Shown piece after piece: positions 22,787 to 33,872 of a stretch of 64,000 nucleotides of DNA. Under the pieces are notes generated by a model, which was not told where the DNA came from, did no database searches, and worked only from the letters and a program-made list of their open reading frames with translations. Location: positions 1,736,001 through 1,800,000 of the forward strand of contig BQFW01000009.1 in NCBI GenBank assembly GCA_020891255.1, in the 5' to 3' direction. Each line of letters begins with the position of its first letter. Position 1 is the stretch's first letter. The position numbers and the translations under genes were made by a program. The stretch comes from Entomortierella parvispora E1425 (Eukaryota > Fungi > Mortierellomycota).

Positions 22787-25306
22787 TCAATAAATCGTAG
22801 AGCCAGTGGGGAACTTGCGCCAGTCCGGGATCTCGCTACCAAGAGCGCGTTTGCCTTCTGCAATCAGGGTGCTCAGCTGGGCCTCCATCCTCAGGAACTG
22901 CTCATCATTGTCTTCTGTGCCCGTGTTGGGACGCGTCGGCTGTCGGTTCTGCGAGTAAGGGTCTTCGCCTCGTGCAGCTGCAGCTGCAGCTGCAGACATG
23001 TGACTGGAGTGAGGCAACGACGAGACCAGACCCCCCTGACGACGGGAAGACTTTCGATGCGAACTAGAATGGGTGTGGTGTGGATGGTGGTGGTGATGAT
23101 GGTGGTGATGGCGGTGATGACCGTGCACATACTGACTGTGGTGCAGCGACCCTGCAGCCTGTGGTGACCGCTTGAAGTGTCCAGAGTGTCGATGGTGCAA
23201 TGACCTGGACGACGACGGGATATTGACGGGTGCGGACTCGATCTGATTATGTTTTTTTTTTTTTGTTGTTTTCGAGTCATCCAAACAGCGGAAGCATGAT
23301 CCGTCGAGAGCCAGATATGCATGCGCGGGTCAATTGAACAAATAGATATTAGTCCAAAAACGCAGGAGGAGAACGGAGAACGGGGGGGAAAAGGGAAAGA
23401 AGGGAGAGTAAAGAGAAAGAGAAAGAGGAAAGCAAGGTCAGGGATGTGTTTTTTTTTGTTCTTCCTCGTTGTTGATAATCGCGTCTGTACATTGCATGTG
23501 GTTTTTACGCTTGTTGTTCACGCCCTTTTCCCTGTTGCTTACCATGAGCGGTTTGGCCGATTCTGGCGCCTCGGGTTGAGCAAGGACGTCGTCGGGAGTC
23601 AAAGACGCGTCCGTGGGTGGGGTCTCGGTCTCGACTTCGGTCACGGCCTCTTCCTGCGCTTGTGTGGCCTGTCGACCTTTGCCCGTCAAGAGTTGGTAGG
23701 CCGAGAGGGCCACGGCACCTGTAAAGATAACAGTTTCGACCGCAGCGCCAAACAACATTGCAGCTGTTGAACGCATCTTTTTCTTGGGGGGTTCGCCTAA
23801 ATAAGGGTGTTGCTCAAAGAGGTCCCGATCCCGAAGCGCCTTGTAGGCTTGGATCCCGTAGGCCTTTGTGTCCACCACCGTGACTGCAGTAGAAGGCGAG
23901 GCCTTTTCCAGCAGGAGAATATCGTCTGGGAAGGGGATTTCATCTTCCCGCGATAAAGAACGCGAGTCGACCTCCTTTTGGTCATGCATCTGCACATCCT
24001 CTTGCTGCTGCACGGGAAGGAGGGACAGAGGCGACGTCGTGATGGACACGTCTTGATCCGCGGCGATGGCATGACCCACCAAAGATGGGGAGGAAGCACT
24101 GGCGCCAGTCGCAGCAAAGTCGTCTGGCGCGTGTTTGCCAAAGGGGGATAATTCAGACCCATGTGAAAGGGAGGTCTGAGGACACGATGGGCGATGGTGG
24201 TGGTGACGGGGGTTGCGGTGGACAGAGTGTGTTCGACGTCCATGCGCGCCATGTCCGTGGCCATGGATACAAGCGGGATGGTGACGGGGCTGGGAAGACG
24301 AGGAAGGAGAAGGGTGGTGCCGGTCCGTGTAACTGTGGCGACTTTGGGAATGGCGACAGAGCGCTGAGCAAGGGGCAGTGCTGGAGCTCGGGGAGGATGG
24401 CGTGGACGAAGAGGTGGATGAGCCAGAGGAGGAGGACGCGGAAGAGGAGGAGGACAAGGACAGACTGTGCGACAGTCTTGGCACGGTCTGTTGTTGCTGT
24501 GTTGTTGACAACAATGATGATGATGCCGATGGCGACGATAAAGCGGCGGCAAGAGGTGCAGGCGGAGGCAAGCCCGCACGTGGCGACAGTGGCTCTTCAG
24601 ACGCGGTTGTGGAACCACCAGAAGAGAAGGAGGAGTAGGCAGGGGAGGAGAAGGAAACACTGGGAGCTGACGTTTGCTGTTGCAGAGAAGACGCGCTGCT
24701 GTCGCCATTGGAATGGGTATTGAGTGAGAGGGGGAGAGGGGAGGAGCGCTGCAGTCGGCGGAGTGAAGGAGAGTCGGATCTGTCTGGGATCCCGAGGATG
24801 TCAGAGGGAGAGAGAGGCGAAGGACGGAGAGCATAGCTGCCAAGGCCATTGGCATGGGCACTGACGGCACTGCTTTGACTGTCCTGGCTTAGCGCAAAGG
24901 ACAATTCGTCGGAGAGTGACCTTGGTTTGCTTTGCAGTGGTTGCTGCGGCTGTGGTGGTAGATGTTGTTGCTGGAGGATATCCGTGGTGGTGGTTGTGCT
25001 TGTGAGAGGTGAAGGGTGCCATTGACCGAGCGAATCGCTGCTGCTGTTGTTGTTGCTGTTACTGGACAGGGACGAGAGCGAATTCAGGTCCTGTTGCTGT
25101 GCCAGCCTGGACGCGGATCGTTTATGGTGGAGCAGTCCCGGCACAGGAGGGGTTGTTCCCGCAGAAGAGCGAGAATGGTGGCCATGATATGAAGAGGTGT
25201 GGTTTGAATGCTTGTGTGTGTAGAAAGGACGGTGTTGCTTGTTTGGGTCTGGGTACTTGAGCCAGGGCTCGTGGTCGTCCTTGTCGAGGCGGAGTCTGTC
25301 GGTCAT
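22787..25306 (-). CDS. Uncharacterised Ser/His-rich protein with one hydrophobic helix, 739 aa; exons 25306-23543 and 23242-22787
   Basis: Likely start is MTDRLRLDKDD at 25306; the longer ORF-track start runs through microsatellites. Phase-0 GT-AG intron 23542-23243. Hydrophobic segment AAMLFGAAVETVIFTGAVALSAYQLLTG and C-terminal MEAQLSTLIAEGKRALGS helix. Confidence 0.8.
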
Positions 25307-25425
25307 GGTGCAAGTGAAGGATTGGTCTTGTGGAATGCTTTTCTGGATTGGAGGTAAGAGAGGCGAGAGAGGCAGTTGGATGGTAAGGAGCGGATGCAAA
25401 AAAAAGAGGGTGAGGATGAGGATGA

Positions 25426-25458
25426 ATGAATTGAATTGAATTGAATTGAATTGAATTG
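25426..25458. repeat. (TTGAA)n microsatellite
   Basis: About six consecutive TTGAA/GAATT units upstream of the 25306 start codon. Confidence 0.85.
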
Positions 25459-25633
25459 AGCAAAGTGAATGAATGCAACGAAGCAGGAGTGAGGAGAGAT
25501 GCAAAGCGCGCGCGAGTGAGTGAGAAAGAGAGAGAGAAAGAGAAAGAGAGAAGAGAGAAAATGGCAGAAGAGAGGAAGAGAGCAGAAAAAAAAAGAGGTT
25601 TTGGCATATGCTTTTGTACGTGCTGACTTGACG

Positions 25634-25670
25634 GACTGACTGACTGACTGACTGACTGACCGACTGACTG
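25634..25670. repeat. (GACT)n microsatellite
   Basis: GACTGACTGACT... run with one substitution (GACC). Confidence 0.9.
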
Positions 25671-27292
25671 TGTGTCTTTGTTTGTTGTTGTTGTTCTTGT
25701 TTCTTGTTGTTCTTGTGGACTTTGACAAAGGCGTCGAGGGGCGGGGCTGGATGGCAAGACTGAATTGCATGCCAAACAACCGTGGTGTGTCTCCCTGTCC
25801 CAAAAGGACTCAATGCATGTGCAAAGCAAGCAGCAATGGCTATTTTTCTTTTTCTTTGTCTTTGCAGTTTGTTGTTGTGGATCGCCTTCTTCTGAACGGC
25901 CGTTTCCTTCTCCCCTTCTCCCTCCCTTTTTTTCTCTTCCTCTCTCTGCCTTCCCTACCCTGTCAAGCTTGCTTCTTGGGTCTGTTCCAGCTCCTCGGGT
26001 TACTGCCCCCCCGCCCCAGGGTGACCGCGATTCTTGTTTTCAAGATTCCCTCGTCCTAGTGAGCATGGACCGACGGATGCTGCTGAGCAGCGACCACACG
26101 GACTGCAAATGATGATGTAAAAAAATCCTGTAGACCCTTTTTTTGTTATCGAATGGGCAGACGAGATCGCCCTCCTTGCTCCACTCTTTTTCCGTCCCAC
26201 TCTTTCGCTCCTGGCACATGGCTCTCACTCACTTGCACGCTCTCAGTCCCAGTCTGGGTTTGTAGACCATTCAATTGCGGAATAAAGAGAAAGCGCCTCT
26301 CATGGAGGAACCGTATCAACATCAAACAATGAAAGAAACGGAAAAAAAAATCTATTCATGACCGACACTACACCAGCAGTTTTTTGTTATCTTGAAGGGA
26401 TCGAACTTCTATTATTCCTCGTTCCAATCGTACTTTTCTTTTTTTCTTTCTCCTTCCTCACGAACGCGCAAGTCTGCTGAGCCCACCCAACCCCACCTTT
26501 GTCAATTCGATATTTTTTTAAAAAAAAAAGTCTTTGTTCAATTCGATCGACACATTCTCCGCGGCAAGGCCAAGCGCGCGCACCTCTCTTTCATAGTTTC
26601 ATGGACCAAAAAAAAAAAAGAAAATCTACTCCTTGACCCAACAACTCGACACAGACCCATGTACAGACACACAGGTCACAAATGCGATAAAAAAGCAGAC
26701 TTGTCGCCGTTTTTACTTTTTCATCGTCAATGGATGCAGTTGATCGCTGCACGCATGCATGGCCCTCAGACCATCATAAAACACAAAGACACAAAACACG
26801 ATGACCTCAGCCCCCCTGTCTTGCCCCCTGTAACCGTCCGTGTAGATGTGTGGACAGTGCCACATAAAGTGATAAAGCGAAAAAGAAAATGCCATGTGCA
26901 AAAAAATAAAAAAAAAAAAGCAAAAAATGATGTGAGCGCTCCTTCAGCCGATTCATCTTGCGTGAATGTTCCCGACAACATGTTCTTTGTTTCCTCCCAA
27001 ACTCACTTGCCGTGTTCTTGTCACTGTTCCACAGTCAATTATTGGTCCGTTTTCATAGCGTTAATGTTCAATGCTGACCGAGAGAGGGTTAGGGAACCAA
27101 AGATAGAGGCCAGGAGAGAAATAGAGGGGACAGGAGGTCCCTCCCGTTTTGCTGGGACGGCTGCTACTTGCATTCCATTGCGACAGTTCTTTCCCGAAAC
27201 GCGAAAAAAAAATGAATCAGACGCGTGTTTCTCCTTTACATTCTAGGAAACCTTGATTTTTTGGACATCCGTTTTATTATCCGCTCTTTTGA

Positions 27293-28864
27293 CTATGGAA
27301 AACTGCCCAGAGTATAGTTGTATTGCCTCATCGGTGTTACTGGCCCCATAGGTGCCGTCGTGATAGGTGGCCTTTGTTGTTGCTGCATTTGTTGAGGAGT
27401 GGAAACTCCTCCAGGCCGATTGTGAATCATCGGATAACCTGCATTTGGAGGCCGTTGACCTGGCCCTGGCCCATGATGCGCAGCCTGCCCATGACCCTGA
27501 TTTGGATTGTATGGCTGCGGTACAGGCATCGATGTTGGCATGGATGGTCGTTGGGGATTGTTGTTCGGATATGAGTTTGGGTAATGGCTGCTGGATGTCG
27601 TAGGTCCTGTTGGGAAGGGCGGCGGACTGTTGACAAATCCCCCTTGGATGGGCCTTGAGGGTCCTCCGCTATATTGCGTAGTTGGTCTGAATGTCGGTGT
27701 CGCAGCCGCAACAACTGCAGGATGGAATCCTGGTCCAGAGGGCGGTCCACCAAACGGAGGAGCGGTTGTCATAGGCGGTTTTGATTGGGGATAGGACATT
27801 TGCATTGGCGGCCTCATCTGCTGTTGCTGCGGTGATAATGGTTGGTGTTGACCAGGAACAGGGTAAGGAATGGCGCCTGGACTGTAGCCGACAGGATGCT
27901 GATAAATGTTCCCAGCATAGGGTGCAGGTGGTCCGTTCATGCGACCGTGCATAGCGATTGGAGCATTGGGAAGTGGTCGGCCTCCCGCGCCTGCAGGGGC
28001 TTGGTTCATCTGGTATCGAAGAGAGGGGCGCTGATGAAGTGGCGAGGGAGCAATTCCTGGACCAGGAGGAGGTGCCTAAATGTTCATATATTTGATGAAA
28101 GGGTGTTCATGGCCGTCGATCGTGACTCAGGGAAAAAAGAAAATAGGGATCACAGGCACGTTGTGGAGCACAAGCAGACTAGGCGCGCATTTTGGAGTCT
28201 GTGCCATCATTGTCATCATGAACATCAGAGAACAGGTACGACCTTTGATTATAACAGGAACACATACCGCGGCGTAAAAGGTGAGCTCAAAGTACACATC
28301 GCCTGTAGAGGCTCCCTTCAATCGGATGGGAAACCACACTGCAGGACAAGAGTCGAGACACACATAGTCAACAGAAACAACAGGGAAAGGATCAAGTCAG
28401 TTGTCGATGTAAACCTTGACATCCAGCAAAACGGAGCAGTTGCAAGAGTTGTCGTTACCATCCAACTCGCCCTTGTCAATGACCTCGTGCAGCATCAGTA
28501 TGCCTTCTCCGATCAAGCCGTACTTTCCTTCATCGCGTACTGCGACTCGCATGTCAAGTTGCCCCTGGAAGACATCCAGTCGTATCTATAGAAGACGAGG
28601 CACAAGGTCAGTACAGCAGAAGGCGAGGAGAGTTGTGGTGGCCACCGGCATGGTAGTAAGAAAAAAAAAAAAAGCTTCTTTTCTTGCCTCCTGGTCCCAC
28701 TCGGGCTCTACCGCGGCAATAAGAGAGGCGCGTGTGCGCTTGTTCTGGTCTCCCAAGCGCAACTGGACATACGGCGACAACTTGCCTCCAGACTTATTGA
28801 CGAGTTTCCTGCCTTTGATGGGGATGGCGACAAGAACACCGAGCTTGCGCTGTGTAGAGGCCAT
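27293..28864 (-). CDS. C2-domain plus proline-rich protein, Inn1/Fic1-like (cytokinesis ingression protein), 385 aa; exons 28864-28688, 28585-28459, 28338-28268, 28075-27293
   Basis: N-terminal C2 domain LGVLVAIPIKGRKL...LSPYVQLRLG...KRTR...PEWDQE|IRLDV...LIGEG...GELD|VWFPIRLKGASTGDVYFELTFYAA, followed by a PxxP-rich tail. This is the Inn1/Fic1 architecture. Intron 1 is GC-AG. Total 1158 nt. Confidence 0.85.
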
Positions 28865-29036
28865 GTTATATGTTGACTCTGAGAGAGGTAAGTCCGAGAG
28901 GAGCGAGGTTGGCAAGAGTGCAGATAGGAGTGTGTTTTTCGAAAAAGACGAGAAAAGATATGGCGTTGTAGAAGGGTAGAGGGTATACAGTAGGATGAGA
29001 GTAGGTACGAGAGAATGAGCGAGCGACCAAGCGAAA

Positions 29037-29064
29037 GAATGAATGAATGAATGAATGAATGAAT
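29037..29064. repeat. (GAAT)7 microsatellite
   Basis: Perfect GAAT run about 170 bp upstream of the C2-protein start. Confidence 0.9.
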
Positions 29065-29160
29065 GCGATGATTGTTTGAGAAGAGATGAATGTGGGGCAG
29101 GAAGAAGATGAGAGAGTGAAAACAACGGACAACTCTGACACAGATAGAGATAGACAAACA

Positions 29161-29219
29161 GACACACTGACACACTGACACACTGACACACTGACCTGAC
29201 ACACTGACACACTGACACA
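29161..29219. repeat. 8-bp tandem repeat (CACTGACA)n
   Basis: gacacactga cacactgaca cactgacaca ctgacctgac acactgacac actgacac: about seven units, one shortened. Confidence 0.9.
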
Positions 29220-29702
29220 AAAACGTGCGTTGCCCATTTTCCCTCGCTGCACTCGCCCGTCCGTCGTCAGTGCTGTGGGGTTGTTTGACTGGCTGGGCTG
29301 CATGGGCGTCCGGGCGTGCGCTGCACGTTCTAGGTCACGGCAGCTGGACAAGCGACAGCCCGCCGTTATTTATTTTCTGGGCTGGATCTGGATTCTCTTT
29401 CCTTCCGATGAACGTCTCTCTCTGGCTTCTTTTCTGGACTTTCTCTTTCTCTCTGATCCTTTCTGTTCCTTTTCTTCCTTCCTGACATCCTTCTTTGTTG
29501 AGAGAAACAGGCGCTGATTTCCTTTATTTGAATATACACCTTGCTGGCAAGAGAAACGGACAGAACAGAACTGCCCTAGGGGTTATCGAAGTATTAAATA
29601 GGGTAGTGGTGCTAGTCGGCGAACGGATATGGACAGAGAAAAATACAGAGGTGCCAGATGAGCGCATCGTCCCTGGCTTGACACAGGCGAACATGTGCTC
29701 GT

Positions 29703-30695
29703 TTAGTGGTTGCTCTTGACAAGGGGGATGATGATGCAGAGCAACAGGATGATGACTCCGGCACCGACAATCAGACGCCACTTCATGTTCTTCCACCACA
29801 TCTGACGGCGGACTCCTGAGGCACCCTTGCGGAACTGAACAGCACCCTGCTCGAGATCAGCTGAGAGAGAGAGAGAGACAGAGAGAGAGAAAGAGTAAGC
29901 AAAGGTGAAAAGACAGGCTCATATTGGACAAGGGCAGGGGTTCATCACAACCCTTGAGGAAAAAAAAAAAAAGAAAAAAGGGGGCGGTCCGATCACCCAA
30001 GTGGGAAAATAGTTGGCCCTGCCCTGATTGTTCAGATGCCCTGGATTCGTCAACAAGAGTGGACTTTATGTGCCGGCAACGACAGACGTGTCGTCTCCTG
30101 TTTCTTGTTTCCTCTTTCCAGATGATACGATGGTCCTGCCATGCATTGTGTCTCTCTGCTTCCTGAAAAAAAGGCGAAAAAGAACAGGTGGGAGTGGGAA
30201 GTACAAAGGGGCCCAGTCCAAGGTGGAATCACCCACCCTTGGCGGACATGTATAGCGGACACAGACGAAATGAAATGATAAAAATAGTGTAAACATCCTA
30301 GTGCAACAACACACGTACTGGTCTTGTGCTGGAGGGTGTCGAGCTTCTCGCCACGGTCCCGGACAGAGTCAATGTTCTGCTGCATGATGCCAACGACATC
30401 ATCGACCTGCTGCTGTAACTGGGCAGTCTTGGACGAGGAGGCGGTTGGGTGAGGATCGTAGGGAGTAGAGGACCTATTGGAAACAAGATCAATAGTCGAC
30501 AGTCAGTCAGTTGGGCCATTGCTTTTAACTCGCCAATGGCCACGACACCATGACACGCAAGGTGGCTGCAGTTCACCAACGTCGCCATGGTCAGCCACAG
30601 CGGTGATATTCCCGCTGAGGAAAGGATGACGCGTCAGAGAGTACTGAACAAGGCGGGTCCAGCAGACCAGAGAGTCAACACGGGTAGACTTACAT
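29703..30695 (-). CDS. SNC1: Synaptobrevin/VAMP v-SNARE, 104 aa; exons 30695-30694, 30473-30319, 29860-29703
   Basis: MSSTPYDPHPTASSSKTAQLQQQVDDVVGIMQQNIDSVRDRGEKLDTLQHKT|TDLEQGAVQFRKGASGVRRQMWWKNMKWRLIVGAGVIILLLCIIIPLVKSNH, with an R-SNARE zero-layer Arg and a C-terminal TM anchor. The start codon is split AT|G. Confidence 0.95.
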
Positions 30696-30963
30696 GGTGT
30701 TGCCTGTGGAAGGTGTGGATGAAGGAGAGGGGATGAGGAAACAAGATGGAGAAGAGGGAAAGGAAAAAAAAAAAAAAAAAAATATGAGAGCAACGAGGGG
30801 CACTGCCGCCGTGTGCAAATATAGAGGGTGTGGTGCTGAAGGTACGTGCAAATAGAGAAACCCGAATCAGCACGGCATTGGAACAAGGGAAGCATGCGCC
30901 TCATTCCGGTGCAAGCACATACATTGTTTCCCTATTCCTTCCTCAATTTTGCATTTGATGTCC

Positions 30964-33010
30964 ATGGCTCTCCTTCGCCTCAAGCTGACTCACAGTCAAA
31001 AGTCTGTCCACGTCCAAGTTCAAGGTTAGACTTAATGGGAACTGGGTCATTCACGGCCGGACGAACAACCGAGCCTGTTCGCGGTTGGGCCTCCGCTAAT
31101 ACAGTGGATATGATGATAGATCTTCGGCCTGACACCATCTACGCTCGGTTCCAAGAGGAGTTTCCAGAGAGTGGAGCAGAGTCAACACTACGTTGGAACG
31201 ACAGCGATGGCGACTGGATTGAAATTCACAAGAGTGACCCGGACTTTGAGGCTATCTTGTTGGCAGTAATGCAGAAGAGTGGCATCGTCCACATTCGGTC
31301 TGGGGAAACGAATGGTGTAAGTTACCTATCAATCAAAGCAAAGACTGATAGCTGGACCTTTGGCAGTGCCTGTGTGCTTCAGAAAATTGATCGATCGGTT
31401 GTGATTTCTGCTCGGATCTATAGTCGTACGAGCCGACCGAGCTCGCACAATTACTTCAAAGGTAAGGCGTAGTATCTGAACATGAGCCACTACCAGAATC
31501 TCGTAAAGATGAAACAGGAGCTCAATTGTGTTCATTGAATCGCCTCGGATAGATACGAAAAAGTCATGGACACATTTGATAATCTCAGCCGTAACATTGT
31601 CAAGTTACCTCCCATCTCCAACATCCTAATCGTCACCAAACCGGATCAAAAACTTGCCAAGCTCACGAAGGAGCTATCTATATGGCTGTTGGAGACTTTC
31701 CCAGGTATTACACTCTTTGTGGACAAAAAACTACAAGACCGGGCCTCATTCAAATACAATGAGATCATTCAACACAATCCCAGCTGGACGGATCGACTTC
31801 AGTTTTGGACTCTGGAGTGCCATAAAAATGCAAGCAAGCAGATCCATCTGGCCCTGACTCTAGGAGGCGATGGAACGGTTCTTTATACCACATGGATGTT
31901 CCAACATCGAGTGCCTCCCATTGTGGCGGTAAGTTCAGATGTAGATGTAAATGTTGAGCAAATCCTTCGCGCAGCCCCCATACTTATCATATTTTTAATA
32001 CTCCGCTCGCATGGACCAGTTCCATCTTGGCAGCCTTGGTTTTTTGACAAACTTTTGCTTTGATAGCTACAAGCCCGCTATGACCAACATTCTTCGCGGT
32101 GAAGGGTTGAATCTCAACATCCGCATGCGACTTCAATGCTCTGTCTACAAATATAGAGAGCCAGCGGACCAAATTCAACGGATGACTTCCCAGCTAGCTG
32201 CTGGCGATATATCTAGTACAAGCGACGACGAGGCTGCAGAAGAGTCGAGGAGGAACATAGAGACTCAGAGAAAAGCCGAGATATTGCGCAAAGTCAAGGA
32301 GATGGACTCCAAAGAAGGTGCCGAGGTCAAGGATCTAGGGGTGTGTCATGATAACGGACAGACTTTGATCACCCGGATCCCAAAGCCAAAGCTAGAAGAG
32401 TTTATGACGCCGACCGACTCATGGCAAGTCTTGAACGAGGTCACCGTAGATCGTGGATCGAATGCTGGAATGTTACAGTTGGAGCTCTATGTGGATGGGA
32501 ACCCAGTTACGACTATTCTTGCGGACGGACTAGTTATTGCGACAGCCACTGGATCAACTGCATACTCGCTCTCGATCGGAGGATCGCTGATCCACCCGGA
32601 TAAGAACTCGATCATTCTCTCGCCCATTGCGCCACACTCTTTGACGGCTCGACCCATGATTATACCAGGAACTAAGCATCTTCGGATCTGTGGTATGTTT
32701 CTTTGATCTTCAACCACAACTTCTTCAGTGATATGTCGATTGCTCGCACTTAACTTTATGGCCTCTTCCTTATTTGTTGAAAACTATTCAATTAGTCCCT
32801 GCCACGAGTAGGACGACAGCATGGGCATCGTTTGATGGTAGACATCGGCAGGAGCTAGGCAGAGGCGACTCTGTGATGATAACGGCGTCCAAGTATCCCG
32901 CTGCGACTATTTGCCGCCGAGACCAAAGCACGGATTGGTTCACGGGCTTGACGCAGGTCCTGAATTGGAATAGCCGAGTGCAGCAAAAGCCCTTCGACTC
33001 CCACTTGTGA
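30964..33010 (+). CDS. NAD(H) kinase (Utr1/Yef1-type) with an N-terminal PB1 domain, 519 aa; exons 30964-31024, 31120-31316, 31424-31461, 31553-31928, 32020-32692, 32796-33010
   Basis: NADK motifs TLGGDGT, FHLGSLGFL, VLNEVTVDRG, ADGLVIATATGSTAYSLSIGG, WASFDGRHR. The spliced N-terminus MALLRLKLTHSQKSVHVQVQ|DLRPDTIYARFQEEFPESGAESTLRWNDSDGDWIEIHKSDPDFEAILL has PB1 hallmarks. All five introns are GT-AG with matching phases. Total 1560 nt. Confidence 0.9.
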
Positions 33011-33872
33011 CAAGGGATTTTTACATTCATAAAAAGGGCGCTGACCGGTGGGTTCCAATGGCAGTGAATGACTCAGCTGCTTCAGATATCCTGGGAAGAT
33101 GGCCGCTGACCATCATGTACACATTGCTGGTGGACAGAAGCTATTCGTAGATATCCTTAGAAGCGCGACAGTTACAATAATTACAAGAAAACCTGAGAAG
33201 GTAATTTTGCCCATAGAGTCGTATCAGGCATCTGTGTAACAAAATCCAAAGAAAATTTCATGGGTTCTCCTTCAACAATGAGGGCGAATCTTGCGAGCAC
33301 AGTTCGCTCTTCTTTGAGGCGGCGAAAAACTGAAGGGCAAAGTACGTTGCTTTTTTTTCTTTTCTTCCACTGCACTCCCGTCACTTCACCCCCGTTATTT
33401 TTGCTACTTTACTGGAAAAAAAACTCGACAGCTGGACATGTATGAATCATATCATCAGAATTTCTAACCTATGTCTGCTTCGTAGTGCTATGTTTTAACA
33501 CATCAATGTTCCATCGGGTTGTTTAATAGAGCTGATTTGAGTTAGTAGAAAAGAGGGGAAAAAACTACTCGTCGTCCAGGTTGGAGCAAGGAGACTCGAG
33601 ATTGAGCACTGACGTTTTGAAGGTAAATGGTGGCAGCGAACGGACGGCATCAGTGTCACCCTAAAGTACGCCTCCACTGAACATACCTTGCTTGAAAATA
33701 GAATAGTGGCCCTCAACAGCTGTCAAGATCATTACTTGGGACCTTGGCTGTCAAACCAACGTAAAGGTGAGAAACACATTCAAATGACACAGACTGTTGG
33801 CATTGGACAGAGAGCTGGTTTTTGTTCGTGGGTCTCACACTTTTCGTTGCCTTTCCATCCCAGTGGAATAGC

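Noticed and set aside
25307-25813. N-terminal extension of the 791-aa ORF
   Set aside because: It translates microsatellites (SQSVSQSV, IQFNSIQFNS, LSLSLS); MTDRL at 25306 is the likelier start.
29161-29219. Regular repeats as a CRISPR-like array
   Set aside because: These are contiguous 8-bp units without spacers in a eukaryotic context, i.e. a simple tandem repeat.
33011-33872. Amyloid/HeLo effector gene adjacent to the NLR
   Set aside because: No convincing ORF or amyloid-motif repeat was found on either flank (33011-33872 or 39291-39804).
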